Of a DNA stretch of 64,000 nt, positions 9,744 through 19,646 are shown piece by piece (within the stretch, counting starts at the first letter, position 1; every line of letters begins with the position of its first letter). Under the pieces are notes generated by a model, which saw only the letters and a program-made list of their open reading frames with translations, was not told where the DNA came from and made no database searches. The position numbers and the translations under genes were made by a program. The DNA lies in NCBI GenBank assembly GCA_963815455.1, contig CAWFGO010000002.1, forward strand, positions 352,001 through 416,000, read 5' to 3'. This DNA is from an uncultured Verrucomicrobiae bacterium (GTDB lineage: Bacteria > Verrucomicrobiota > Verrucomicrobiia > Chthoniobacterales > UBA10450).

Positions 9744-10895
9744 TTAAAACGCCCACCAGCCGCGCACGAACAGGCTGGCGAAGAGGGCCAGGAAAAGCAG
9801 CGACCAGACGGTGATGACCGCGTTCCAAAACCGGCTCCTGCCCAGCAGCGCCAGGAAAACGAACATCGGAAAGAGCGAAAGTGTGTAACGCGGCATGCTG
9901 GCGACAAAATTCACACAGCCAAAAAGAATCCAGTTGCCCGTCATCCAGACAGCGTAGGCTGGACGCATCTTGATCCAAGCCAGCAAAGTGCAGATGAGAC
10001 TCAGGATGGTGAACAGAAGTTCCTGAACCCCGACGATTTCTGCCTGGCTGGGAGTTCGGCGCATGCTGCCGAATAATTCGCTGATCGCGTGCCAGGGCGA
10101 TGTCGGCCAGATCGCGAAGAGCCGGCGCCGGGCGGGAAGAAACCAAAACGGATCGCCGGTGACGTGCCAATTCACGAAGAGGTAGACCCCGAAACCGAGG
10201 GGTACGAGCCCGATCCACAGCCAGCGCCAATCCCATTTTCGCGTCGTCCAAAATCGCTGGCCGACCTCGGCCAGAAGAGTCGGCACGAGAATCATACCGT
10301 TGGGGCGCGTCATCCAGGCCAGCGCTCCGAGGATTCCGCAGAACTCCCACTGATTCGTGCGCGCGGCCAAGATCGAACCGATTGCCAGCGCTATGAACAA
10401 ACTTTCGGTGTAACCGATGTGGAGAAAGTACGCCCCGGGGAAGATCAGAAAAAACCAGACGGCGCGCTGCGCGACGGCCCTCGAAAAATCGAGAGCGACG
10501 AGCCGCCGCATCACCACCACCGCCACGATAGAAGCGACGGCCGAAACGACGAACGCGCCGACAAGATAATCGCCGGTGAGAAAGGCAAATGCCCGCGTCA
10601 TCCATGGGAAAAATGGATAGAACCACGATTTGACCGGATTGGTCGCGCGGTAGCCAAACTCGGCAATTCGCTGGTAGTGCAGAGAATCCCAACGGTTCCA
10701 GATGTCGAGCCAAGCGTGCGGGGTAGGGAGCTGTTTGTTCTCGAGGATCTTGTAGGCTGTGGCCCCGAAGAGAAGGACCAATATCTTGATCGCCACCACC
10801 CAGCCGATCACAATCCGGTCTTGTGTTGGCAATAACGAACGGAAAGATCGAGGCGTCTGGTTCGCGGCAGTATCGTTTGGGATCAGTTTACTCAT
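9744..10895 (-). CDS. GT-C membrane glycosyltransferase (PIG-V/mannosyltransferase-like)
   Basis: 'WNRWDSLHYQRIAEFGY', 'FYPFFP', 'YTESLF' and 'SMPRY' motifs; many TM helices. Confidence 0.8.
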   Translation of the reverse strand: MSKLIPNDTAANQTPRSFRSLLPTQDRIVIGWVVAIKILVLLFGATAYKILENKQLPTPHAWLDIWNRWDSLHYQRIAEFGYRATNPVKSWFYPFFPWMTRAFAFLTGDYLVGAFVVSAVASIVAVVVMRRLVALDFSRAVAQRAVWFFLIFPGAYFLHIGYTESLFIALAIGSILAARTNQWEFCGILGALAWMTRPNGMILVPTLLAEVGQRFWTTRKWDWRWLWIGLVPLGFGVYLFVNWHVTGDPFWFLPARRRLFAIWPTSPWHAISELFGSMRRTPSQAEIVGVQELLFTILSLICTLLAWIKMRPAYAVWMTGNWILFGCVNFVASMPRYTLSLFPMFVFLALLGRSRFWNAVITVWSLLFLALFASLFVRGWWAF

Positions 10896-10904
10896 TAATC
10901 GGGC

Positions 10905-11639
10905 ATGAAGCTTAGCGTCGTCATCCCGTGTTTGAACGAGAGCGGTACCGTCGCCAAATGCGTCACAACCGCGCTGGCCACTATGGCGAAGATCGACATC
11001 AAAGGCGAGACCATTGTAGCCGACAACGGGAGTACCGACGGATCGCCCGGGGTTGCGGCCGCGGCCGGAGCAAGAATCGTAGCGGTGCCGCAACGAGGAT
11101 ACGGAAACGCGCTGATGGCGGGGATCCGGGAAGCGGAGGGCGCTTACATTGTCATGGGAGACGCCGACGACAGCTACGATTTTCGCCAAATTCCCTTGTT
11201 CCTGGAGAAGCTGGAAGAGGGAAACGAACTCGTGATGGGGTGCCGATTACATTCAGGCGGTGGCACGATTCTGCCACGGGCAATGCCTTTTCTGCATCGG
11301 CACGTGGGCAATCCGTTATTTTCATTTCTAGCGCGGTGGTGGTTTTCCGCTCCGGTTCACGACGTCAATTGCGGCATGCGCGCGATCACGGCCGACCTTT
11401 ATCGACGCCTCGACCAGGAATGTGCCGGAATGGAATTCGCAGCCGAGATGGTCATCAAAGCGAGCCTGCTTGGCGCCAAGATAACCGAATTACCGATCGC
11501 CCTGCGCCGGGACGGGCGAAAACAACAACCTCCCCATCTGAGAACATTCCGCGACGGATGGAAAACGCTCGGGATTTTCCTTGCCCTTGCCCCCAGAGCG
11601 CCGGGTTTTCGCCGTATTTTCAAGGCCACCTCGGCGTGA
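10905..11639 (+). CDS. GT2 glycosyltransferase (polyprenol-phosphate sugar synthase-like)
   Basis: 'VVIPCLNE', 'DNGSTD', 'GYGNAL', 'GDADDSYD' and 'LRTFRDGW'. Confidence 0.9.
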   Translation: MKLSVVIPCLNESGTVAKCVTTALATMAKIDIKGETIVADNGSTDGSPGVAAAAGARIVAVPQRGYGNALMAGIREAEGAYIVMGDADDSYDFRQIPLFLEKLEEGNELVMGCRLHSGGGTILPRAMPFLHRHVGNPLFSFLARWWFSAPVHDVNCGMRAITADLYRRLDQECAGMEFAAEMVIKASLLGAKITELPIALRRDGRKQQPPHLRTFRDGWKTLGIFLALAPRAPGFRRIFKATSA

Positions 11640-11715
11640 ATCTTCATCCGGCCGAACCTCCACCCTATTCGGACTTGCGCGGCCCGCCGGAACCGCCTAA
11701 TAGCTTTAGCTTTCA

Positions 11716-12033
11716 ATGATTCACCACATTGTCCTCTATAAGCTCAAACCCGAGGTTACCCCCGCGCGTGTCGAGGAGATGATGATGAACACCCGGATGC
11801 AGCTGTTGAAGATTCCGGAAGTTCTGAGCATCAAGTGCGGTAAACGGGTCGATCCGGAATTGCCCTGGCCGTTCTTCATCGCCATCGATTTCGAGTCGAT
11901 GGACAAATACGCCATCTTCCGCGACGACTCCATCTTCGTGAAGTTCATGGAGGAAATCATCAAACCGAATACGTCGGAATCCCTGACCCTCGATTTCGAG
12001 ATGGACCCTGGAAAAGACGTGCGGTTTTCCTGA
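11716..12033 (+). CDS. Dabb family (stress-responsive alpha/beta barrel) protein
   Basis: 'MIHHIVLYKLK...IPEV...FES...LDFE' pattern. Confidence 0.8.
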   Translation: MIHHIVLYKLKPEVTPARVEEMMMNTRMQLLKIPEVLSIKCGKRVDPELPWPFFIAIDFESMDKYAIFRDDSIFVKFMEEIIKPNTSESLTLDFEMDPGKDVRFS

Positions 12034-12040
12034 ATAACTT

Positions 12041-12123
12041 TGTCATTCCGAGCGAAGTCGAAAAATCTCGCGGCAAAGCTTTAAGGTAATATCGCGGGAT
12101 GTCTCGGCTTAGCTCGACATGAC
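12041..12123. repeat. TGTCAT...ATGAC REP-like inverted-repeat element
   Basis: tgtcattccgagcgaagtcga ... tctcggcttagctcgacatgac. Confidence 0.75.
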
Positions 12124-12135
12124 CGAAAAGAGGCA

Positions 12136-13011
12136 ATGAAAAAAGCGATTCTCTTGGCCGGCGGCGCGGGAACGCGGCTCTATCCGATCACCAAGATCGT
12201 CTGCAAGCAGCTCCTGCCGGTTTACGACAAGCCGATGATCTGTTATCCGCTGGCCACGCTCATGCTCGGCGGCTTGCGCGAAGTCCTGATCATTTCCACA
12301 CCGAAGGATCTGCCGATGCTGCGCGATTTTCTGGGCGACGGCTCAAAACTCGGTATCCGGATCGAATATGCTGAACAACCAAAACCGGAGGGTATCGCCC
12401 AGGCTTTCTTGATCGGCGCCAATTTCGTCGGCAACTCCGGCGCAGCGCTCATCCTGGGCGACAATATTTTTTACGGGAAGCTCGATTTCTTTCGCGATGC
12501 GCTCTCAATCGACAAGGGCGCCTGCGTATTTGCCTATCAAGTCCGCGATCCACAACGCTACGGGGTGGTCGAGTTCGACGCCGCGGGTAGGGCGATCAGT
12601 CTAGAGGAAAAGCCGGCCCGGCCCAAGAGCCAATTCGCCGTGCCGGGCCTGTACGTTTACGACGAGCGCGTTGTCGATCTTTGTCGAACACTTCGTCCTT
12701 CAGCGCGGGGCGAGCTCGAGATCACCGATTTGAATCTGCTTTATCTCAAGGAGAAGCAGCTGCATGTGAAATTACTTAGCCGCGGCATGGCCTGGCTCGA
12801 TACCGGGACGCAGACCAGCTTGCTCGAGGCGGCTAACTACATCGCAACGATCGAGCATCGACAGGGATTAAAGATAGCTTGCCTGGAAGAGGTGGCTTTC
12901 CGTATGGGCTTTATGAGCCAGTCCCAACTTTCGGCCGCCATCGATCGGCTGCCGAACGGCGAGTATCGAGACTATCTGCGCATGGTCTGCGACGAGGGGC
13001 CGCGTTCCTAA
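12136..13011 (+). CDS. rfbA: Glucose-1-phosphate thymidylyltransferase
   Basis: 'LAGGAGTRLYP', 'KQLLPVYDKPMI', 'LGDNIFYG', 'SARGELEITD' and 'WLDTGT'. Confidence 0.95.
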   Translation: MKKAILLAGGAGTRLYPITKIVCKQLLPVYDKPMICYPLATLMLGGLREVLIISTPKDLPMLRDFLGDGSKLGIRIEYAEQPKPEGIAQAFLIGANFVGNSGAALILGDNIFYGKLDFFRDALSIDKGACVFAYQVRDPQRYGVVEFDAAGRAISLEEKPARPKSQFAVPGLYVYDERVVDLCRTLRPSARGELEITDLNLLYLKEKQLHVKLLSRGMAWLDTGTQTSLLEAANYIATIEHRQGLKIACLEEVAFRMGFMSQSQLSAAIDRLPNGEYRDYLRMVCDEGPRS

Positions 13012-13202
13012 TCGGTCAACCAAGGGGACAGGCAAAGTTGGCATCGATTGCCCTGGATGAACATTCCATGGGATACCAAAGCCACTATTTGGCTATCACT
13101 CCTGAGAAAATGGGTCGATTTTGTCTCAAATGTGATTAGAGACTTGGCAAATTCTCACGGGAGAGAAGAAAAACAGCCTGGTAATTATGGAAATTATATA
13201 TA

Positions 13203-13220
13203 TAGGCATGTCCGGTGCTA
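13203..13220 (+). promoter_or_regulatory. Putative sigma54 (-24/-12) promoter of the second pilin cassette
   Basis: AGGCATG-TCCG-GTGCT: GG at 13205 and GC at 13217 (GG-N10-GC), preceded by an AT-rich tract. Confidence 0.45.
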
Positions 13221-13240
13221 CCTTTTGTTGGCATCCTCAC

Positions 13241-13783
13241 ATGACAGCAATTCGACAAATTCCACCTCGACCAAGCGCGGCGAACGCGACTCGATTCGCG
13301 GTATCTAGCTCCAGCCGTGGCGCGGCAGGATTCAGTTTACCTGAAGCGGTAATCGGGATCGCCGTTATGGGTCTCGGAGTGGTTTGCATGGTAGGAGCGC
13401 TTAGCAAGTTCAACACCATCGCCAGCGTCGCCCGCAATACCACCGGCGCTTATACGGCGGTGATGAACCAGATCGACCTCATTCAATCCGACGGGCCGTT
13501 CAATCCCCAGAAGACAAACACCGACGGAACTCAACAGATCCCACCGGAGCTACGACTTGGTACTCAAACGCAGGCCAACGTCCCTGTCTATAGGGACCCC
13601 AATAGCGGAGTGGTCGTGGCCGGAACAATGACCACGACCGTCACGGATATCAGTTCCACATATACCAGCGGGTCCACCACCTTTTCGCTGATCATGTACA
13701 AAGCCATTGTCACCATTAACTATACCTATCTCAACAAAAACTACTCACTTTCCATGAGTACAATCCGGACATCTGACATATGA
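13241..13783 (+). CDS. Prepilin-type minor pilin (PilV-like)
   Basis: G|FSLPEAVIGIAVMGLGVV class III signal. Confidence 0.8.
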   Translation: MTAIRQIPPRPSAANATRFAVSSSSRGAAGFSLPEAVIGIAVMGLGVVCMVGALSKFNTIASVARNTTGAYTAVMNQIDLIQSDGPFNPQKTNTDGTQQIPPELRLGTQTQANVPVYRDPNSGVVVAGTMTTTVTDISSTYTSGSTTFSLIMYKAIVTINYTYLNKNYSLSMSTIRTSDI

Positions 13784-14580
13784 AACTGGTTAAAATGAAT
13801 CGTGGATACACCATTGTGGAGATGGCAGTTTCAAGCGCCGTCTTTAGCACCCTTGGACTGACCCTCTGCTCCCTCCTGAACGTCACAACCATTCTCGGAG
13901 CCAAGAATTCCGCTTTGATCACAGCCCATCAGCAAGCTCGAACGGCCATGGTCGAGATGTTGGGAGATCTGCATTCGGCGATCTCCTTGCCCTACCTGGT
14001 CGATGCCGACGGCAATCAGGTTTCCGCAGCGGGTCCGGCCGCCGGCATCGCTTTTCAAACCTGGTCGAGCGGTCCCCACAAGATCAAAACGGATGCCACG
14101 ACCAATAATAATCAGATTACTCTGAAATTAACCTCTGGCAGCGGTCCAACACCGGTAGTCGGCCAGCGCTTGATTGTTCCCACGCACCAGATTGAGGACG
14201 ACATCACCGCAGTCAGTGGAAGCGCCGACAGCTTCACCGTCACCCTGGCGCATAATCTGCCGGTGGCGATCGCCGGGACGAGCACCTACACCATCGTCGC
14301 CTTCATCGCTGATCGCTGCTCCTACATTGTTTCAAACGGTTCGCTGGAATGGAGGGGCCCGACCACAGCGAGATCCTTCGCTGTGCTGAGCAATGGAATT
14401 ACCAATGCGACCCCCTTCAGCACGCCGCTCACGCCGGCTGGGGCGCTCTACTACCGGTTCGTTTCGGCAATCGACCTTTCCACCGCAGACTCCAATTACA
14501 GCAACCGCGGATTCAAGGCAGCCAACATTTTCCTCAATGGACAGGTCCCCATGAAGGCGCGGCTGACAACCTATCAATGA
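13780..14580 (+). CDS. Prepilin-type minor pilin (PilW-like)
   Basis: G|YTIVEMAVSSAVF; ATGA overlaps on both sides. Confidence 0.8.
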   Translation: MKLVKMNRGYTIVEMAVSSAVFSTLGLTLCSLLNVTTILGAKNSALITAHQQARTAMVEMLGDLHSAISLPYLVDADGNQVSAAGPAAGIAFQTWSSGPHKIKTDATTNNNQITLKLTSGSGPTPVVGQRLIVPTHQIEDDITAVSGSADSFTVTLAHNLPVAIAGTSTYTIVAFIADRCSYIVSNGSLEWRGPTTARSFAVLSNGITNATPFSTPLTPAGALYYRFVSAIDLSTADSNYSNRGFKAANIFLNGQVPMKARLTTYQ

Positions 14581-16403
14581 AAAACCTCAAAACGCACTCA
14601 GCCGCCAGTTCGCTCGTCGTTGTCCTGGTGACAATATCAACCCTGATGGTGGTTGTTGCCATCGCAGCAGAATACACGACGAATATCAGCCGGCTTGTCC
14701 AGCGCACAAGCAATCTACAAAGTGCCATCTCTGTCGCTGATGCCACCCTCGAACAGCTCTTTACCAACTGGCGAGCCATCTGCCGAGCAACTCCTACAGC
14801 CCCCTTGCCGACCAGTTCGTTTTCCGGGATCCCGCTTCCGACTGCTTCGCAGTTAAATCTGCCCAGCTCTCCAACCTTGGTCAAAGCGGGGACAGCTCCC
14901 AATTTAACCGACGAATACAATCCGGCCTACACAGTTTCCAACATCAAAGTCGTTGCTGTCGATGGAACCCTGCAACCTGTCGCGTCCGCCGGAACTCCGC
15001 CGACACCCGCCGTGGGCATGGGACAGACCGGCACGATCAACACGACAGCCGCGACTTATAATTATATCGCCTCGGCGGATGTCACGTTGTCCGCGGTCAC
15101 GACCAATATCGTGGCCAAGGTGCGTCGCGTTTTCTCCAAGCAACAGCTTTCGCCGTGGAACTGGGCGATCTTCTATGTTGATCCGCTGGAGATTCATCCC
15201 GGTCCGTCCTTTACCGTCACGGGATGGGTTCACACAAACTTCAATCTCTACACCGCACACGATACCCTCACGTTCGCTGACAAGGTTACCTATGCCTCCG
15301 ATTGGTTCATGAACTTCATGCCTGGGGACGGACAACATTCGGAGACTCCAACCAATCCGCATTGGCTTAGCAATCTCCCGCCGGCAAGAGATATCGCCTT
15401 GCAGCCTTTCGGTCTGGATTCGACGGCGATTTTTAGCACGAGTGACAGCAATCCGAATAATGACAGCTATCTCGAGCTCATTCAGCCCCCGGTGTCCGGA
15501 GTTGCCGATCCAATGTCCAGCCAGCGTTATTGGAACCAGGCCAGCGTAGCCATCAAGGTGGATTCCGGCAACAACCTGACCATAGGTCAGCCCAATACCA
15601 ATGGAACAATCACCGCCTTCAACACATCGAATCCGCTCTATCAGATGTTCTCCGGTGCGATCATTACGAATCAAACCATTCAGGACAATCGCGAGGCTGC
15701 CCCGATCCGGCTCGTGACTCTGGACATTAACCAGATTGAAAACAATACCAGCGGTCTCTCCCCCACTTACAAGGCATCGGGCTTTAATGGGATCGTGTTT
15801 ATTTACGACAGCAGCAACTCCTCATCTTCCCGAAGGGGAGTCCGGCTGATCAACGGCTCAAAAATTCCATCGCTCGGACTTACCGTTGTGAGTCCAAATG
15901 CGATCTACGTGAAGGGGGACTTCAATACCGGCGGCAGTCCGGCCTCGAACAACCCGGGCGATCCCACCATGCCCCAGGTCTCGGGCTACACGCGAGCGCC
16001 CTGCGCCATCATCGGGGATGCCGTCAACATCCTCTCCAACTCCTGGAATGATTCCGATTCGTCCGCCGGACTCAGCTCACGCGTGGCCAGCAATACGACG
16101 ATCAACTCGGCAATCCTGGCTGGCATTGTGCCGACCGCGCCCGTGGGAGGCGACGGCACCTATAGTGGCGGGGCCGAAAATTTCCCGCGCTTTATCGAAG
16201 ACTGGTCTCATGCGGTCCTCACTTACTACGGTTCAATGGTGGAACTCTACCAAAGCCAGCAATCGAACGGAAAATGGGGAAGGGCCAACGTTTATAATCC
16301 CCCCACCCGTCGCTGGTATTTCGATCCGAACTTCAAGACCAAGCCGCCCCCGGGATCGCTCATGGTCTACAGCTACCAAAAAGGCCGATGGTATTTGCAG
16401 TAA
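14577..16403 (+). CDS. PilX-like pilus tip protein with large C-terminal beta-rich domain
   Basis: PilX-type N-terminus lacking Glu5 (SSLVVVLVTISTL); C-terminal 'SGGAENFPRFIEDW...YNPPTRRWYFD' motif. Confidence 0.7.
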   Translation: MKNLKTHSAASSLVVVLVTISTLMVVVAIAAEYTTNISRLVQRTSNLQSAISVADATLEQLFTNWRAICRATPTAPLPTSSFSGIPLPTASQLNLPSSPTLVKAGTAPNLTDEYNPAYTVSNIKVVAVDGTLQPVASAGTPPTPAVGMGQTGTINTTAATYNYIASADVTLSAVTTNIVAKVRRVFSKQQLSPWNWAIFYVDPLEIHPGPSFTVTGWVHTNFNLYTAHDTLTFADKVTYASDWFMNFMPGDGQHSETPTNPHWLSNLPPARDIALQPFGLDSTAIFSTSDSNPNNDSYLELIQPPVSGVADPMSSQRYWNQASVAIKVDSGNNLTIGQPNTNGTITAFNTSNPLYQMFSGAIITNQTIQDNREAAPIRLVTLDINQIENNTSGLSPTYKASGFNGIVFIYDSSNSSSSRRGVRLINGSKIPSLGLTVVSPNAIYVKGDFNTGGSPASNNPGDPTMPQVSGYTRAPCAIIGDAVNILSNSWNDSDSSAGLSSRVASNTTINSAILAGIVPTAPVGGDGTYSGGAENFPRFIEDWSHAVLTYYGSMVELYQSQQSNGKWGRANVYNPPTRRWYFDPNFKTKPPPGSLMVYSYQKGRWYLQ

Positions 16404-16960
16404 GAGTCACATTTGTTCTTCTTCTGTTGGGAATTACCGCCGGCGCGGGTTTGCAGATCGTTCCGGAAACGATCGAGTATGAGCTCGAGGGGATAAAATT
16501 TCACCAACTAGCATTTCCGGATAGCGGACAAAGCGCCCCGGTTAAATATGCCCCACCGCGCGGCTGGCGTTATTCTACTCGCGCTTCCCAGTTGTTGCTC
16601 GAGCCGCCACGGGTTCCGGAAGCCGAGGGGATAATTCGCGTAGTCAAGCTTCCACATCCTCAGGTTCTTGATGAACCGACAATCAAAAACCTTTGCCAAG
16701 AAGCAACCGCTTCGATTCCCGGTGGCGCGACAAATGTCACGATTGTTTCGCAGCAGAAAAATCCAATGCTGATTGAAAGGAAGGAGACTGCTCTCGTCGT
16801 GATCAATTATGAATTCTACGGCGTGCCCTACACGCGCTCAGTGATGTTTCTCGACCGTGGGAATGAACAAGTGCAATTCCAGCTGACGTCGCCCCGTGCG
16901 AAATTCAGCGAGCTTCAAAAGGAATTCATGGCGAGTCATTTCACGTGGCAAAATCTCTAG
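16388..16960 (+). CDS. Secreted hypothetical protein, last gene of the pilin cassette
   Basis: Signal-peptide-like N-terminus; overlaps the upstream stop. Confidence 0.6.
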   Translation: MVFAVRVTFVLLLLGITAGAGLQIVPETIEYELEGIKFHQLAFPDSGQSAPVKYAPPRGWRYSTRASQLLLEPPRVPEAEGIIRVVKLPHPQVLDEPTIKNLCQEATASIPGGATNVTIVSQQKNPMLIERKETALVVINYEFYGVPYTRSVMFLDRGNEQVQFQLTSPRAKFSELQKEFMASHFTWQNL

Positions 16961-17013
16961 GTCCGGAGCGTTATTGGTTCGCTTGAGGACGATCGGTTCC
17001 TAACTTCAGGCGC

Positions 17014-17667
17014 TTACTTTGGTTGCTCGCGCAGGAGATGATTTGTGTCGGCTAACAACTTCGTGATCGAATCGGCCTCGATCGCTTCGTAGTAGCCGCG
17101 GATTTGACCATGTCGATCCACCAGCACCATGCGCGTGCTGTGCACCGGAACGCCGGTTTCTTGGCTGCCATCAGAAACCGCAAGCTTGAATCCATCATGG
17201 GAAAGCCGGTAGATGGCCGGTTTGGCTCCGGTTAAAAAATCCCAGCGCTTAGGATCGGCTCGCAACTTTTCGGCGTAACTGCGCAGAACTTCCGGCGTAT
17301 CCTTTTCCGGGTCGACAGTAAACGAAACGAGATGCACATCCGTCTTTTCCAACGGCTTTTGCAGTTCACTCATCCGGCTGCTGATTATTGGGCATGGCCC
17401 AGGACAACTGGTGAAAATGAAATCGGCGATCCAAATCTTGCCGGCTAACTGCGCCGAGCCGAACGGCTGACCATTCTGGTTCACCAATTGAAAAGAGGGA
17501 ACGGTGCCGTAAGAAGAAACGGTGCGTTGTCGAAGCGCGCTCACCTCGACGTAACGCAGCCAGAGCAACAGCGCCAGGGTAACGAAAGGAATGAGAACCA
17601 GCATGACCTTCCACATGGTGGCGTTGCGCAAAGGCGGTCGTTTCATCGCTGCGGCGGTCGTATTCAT
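17014..17667 (-). CDS. sco: SCO family copper chaperone
   Basis: 'FIFTSCPGPCP' CxxxC motif and 'HSTRMVLVD'. Confidence 0.92.
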   Translation of the reverse strand: MNTTAAAMKRPPLRNATMWKVMLVLIPFVTLALLLWLRYVEVSALRQRTVSSYGTVPSFQLVNQNGQPFGSAQLAGKIWIADFIFTSCPGPCPIISSRMSELQKPLEKTDVHLVSFTVDPEKDTPEVLRSYAEKLRADPKRWDFLTGAKPAIYRLSHDGFKLAVSDGSQETGVPVHSTRMVLVDRHGQIRGYYEAIEADSITKLLADTNHLLREQPK

Positions 17668-18563
17668 GATTTCGTCAGGACCAAAGCACCTAAAAGAAGT
17701 GGCAGATAGATAATTGAAGTAATAAACAGAACGCGCGCGGAGGCGGCCGTCCGCAGTCGCAGAAAGCGCATGGCGATGGCGATAAATGATCCGCCAAGAG
17801 CGAGCTCAACGGGAACATAAAACATCGTCACGACTCGGAGAGAGGCGGGCAACCCAGCCACAATGAGAAGCAAAATGCAGAACAACACGCTTTGGCTGGC
17901 GCTGCGTTCGCCGGTCTTGTCGTCGGTCGAGACCATTCGAAATCCAGCGCGCGAATAATCATCCCGGTACATCCAGGCGATTGCGAAAAAATGGGGAAGT
18001 TGCCACAAAGCAAGGATGCCAAATAAACTCCATGCGCCGGCGTCAATCGTCCCGCGGGCCGCGGCCCAGCCAATCATTGGGGGAATCGCGCCCGGGATCG
18101 CACCGACGAGCGTGTTCGCCGTGCTGGTGCGCTTCAGAGGAGTGTAACCAAAGATATAAATTCCGATCGTGATCGCCGCCAGAACGGCGCTAAGGGCGTT
18201 GCAGACAACGGCCAGATAAACAACTCCGAAAATTGACAGAGTCGCACCCAGAACGAGTGCTTCGACAGGACGCATCCGGCCAGCCGGGATCGGGCGGGAC
18301 CTTGTTCGATGCATTAAGGCGTCGAGCCCGTGCTCCCACCATTGGTTAAGCGCGGCTGCGCCCGCAGCCGCGGCGGCCGTGCCGAGGACTGCATGGAAAA
18401 GCGCAATGTAATCAACGGGCGGTTCCGCCCCGAGATAGAAACCGACCGCGGTGGTGAGAAGAACAAGCAAAGTCAGCCGTGCTTTCACCAACTCGACCAG
18501 ATCGGCGGCCAGCCGGTTCCGCGACGGTGTAAGATCGGTTGGTTCAATCGCAGCCGTCTTCAT
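17664..18563 (-). CDS. ctaB: Heme O synthase (protoheme IX farnesyltransferase)
   Basis: 'ALNQWWE...DALMHRTRSRPIPAGR', 'YTPLKR' and 'WQLPHFFAIAW.YRDDY'. Confidence 0.93.
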   Translation of the reverse strand: MKTAAIEPTDLTPSRNRLAADLVELVKARLTLLVLLTTAVGFYLGAEPPVDYIALFHAVLGTAAAAAGAAALNQWWEHGLDALMHRTRSRPIPAGRMRPVEALVLGATLSIFGVVYLAVVCNALSAVLAAITIGIYIFGYTPLKRTSTANTLVGAIPGAIPPMIGWAAARGTIDAGAWSLFGILALWQLPHFFAIAWMYRDDYSRAGFRMVSTDDKTGERSASQSVLFCILLLIVAGLPASLRVVTMFYVPVELALGGSFIAIAMRFLRLRTAASARVLFITSIIYLPLLLGALVLTKS

Positions 18564-19642
18564 GACGTGAAAGTTTCGCGGCGAGAAACCTGCAGACAAA
18601 TCGCGGAAATGCTCACCCCGAAAGATAGCATGATCGCGCCGACGGCGACATGGGCGGTGGCGACATCAGCGGCTTTGTTGCTCCAAATCGTCCAGGCGCC
18701 GAGAGCCAGCTGACAGAAGAGCAAAACGATCCAGAGGATCGACAACCCCGAAAGCATCGGGGCTCGCGAAGAATTTCGGAGTCGCCTCAACTGAAGAAAG
18801 AACATGATTACTCCGATCGCAATCAACACTGCTAGATAACGATGGGCCATTTGCAGCCAGATTTGGAACGCAGTGACATCAGAGAGCGCGCGCGTATCGC
18901 GCCAGGCATTGATCTTGGCCAGGGCATTTTCACTTGTATCGGGAATCCATGCACCGTTCGCGGTCGGAAAATCGAGAATGGCCAGGTCGCGGTGCTGATG
19001 GCGCATCGCCGCGCCAAGCGCCAACTGTCCGTAGATCGCGATGGTGATGGCGAGGGCCAATCTTCTCGTTGCGGCAAATTTCATTGGATCGACAACCGCA
19101 CGCGAGAGCGACCGCCAAAAATTTGTGGTCGCGAGCGCGATTACGACGAGCAGACCCAGAAACGCCTGGGCGATGCAGGCGTGGAAAATTCCGATTTCAT
19201 CTTTCAACATGGTAACGCGCAGCCCGCCAAGAATTCCCTGCAAGATCACGCCGCCGAGAGCGATCACGCCCAGGTTGCGGAGCCATCGTCGATCTTCGCA
19301 AAGCCAAAGCCAGACCGCGAGAATGATGGTGAGAAAACCGACCAGCGAGCCCATCAAACGATGGGTATGCTCAAACAAGATTCCTCCGACCCATTTGGAA
19401 ACGGGAAACAGGAACATGTTGTAGCCGAATGTGGTTGGCCAATCGGGCACGGCCAAACCGACTCCTTTGCTGGTGACCATCCCGCCGCTGCAAATGAGCA
19501 ACAGGGTGGCGATGCACGTAAACCATGCGAACCGGCTAAGCCATTTGCTGTAGCGGCGGTCTCCGACCGTCGCGTTTTTTGGAAGCGGCGTTGCCACAAG
19601 AGAAATTGCGGCGGTCGAAGACCCGCCGCTACAGGAAAGCAA
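18560..19642 (-). CDS. ctaA: Heme A synthase (COX15/CtaA family); start uncertain (TTG 19642 or GTG 19597)
   Basis: 'GLAVPDWP', 'FEHTHR', 'LQGILGG', 'QMAHR' and 'ATAHV'. Confidence 0.9.
   Translation of the reverse strand: MLSCSGGSSTAAISLVATPLPKNATVGDRRYSKWLSRFAWFTCIATLLLICSGGMVTSKGVGLAVPDWPTTFGYNMFLFPVSKWVGGILFEHTHRLMGSLVGFLTIILAVWLWLCEDRRWLRNLGVIALGGVILQGILGGLRVTMLKDEIGIFHACIAQAFLGLLVVIALATTNFWRSLSRAVVDPMKFAATRRLALAITIAIYGQLALGAAMRHQHRDLAILDFPTANGAWIPDTSENALAKINAWRDTRALSDVTAFQIWLQMAHRYLAVLIAIGVIMFFLQLRRLRNSSRAPMLSGLSILWIVLLFCQLALGAWTIWSNKAADVATAHVAVGAIMLSFGVSISAICLQVSRRETFTS
19550..19632. repeat. GTAG...CTAC REP doublet at the ctaA 5' end
   Basis: gtagcggcggtctccgaccgtcg ... gcggcggtcgaagacccgccgctac. 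Confidence 0.75.
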
Positions 19643-19646
19643 AATT

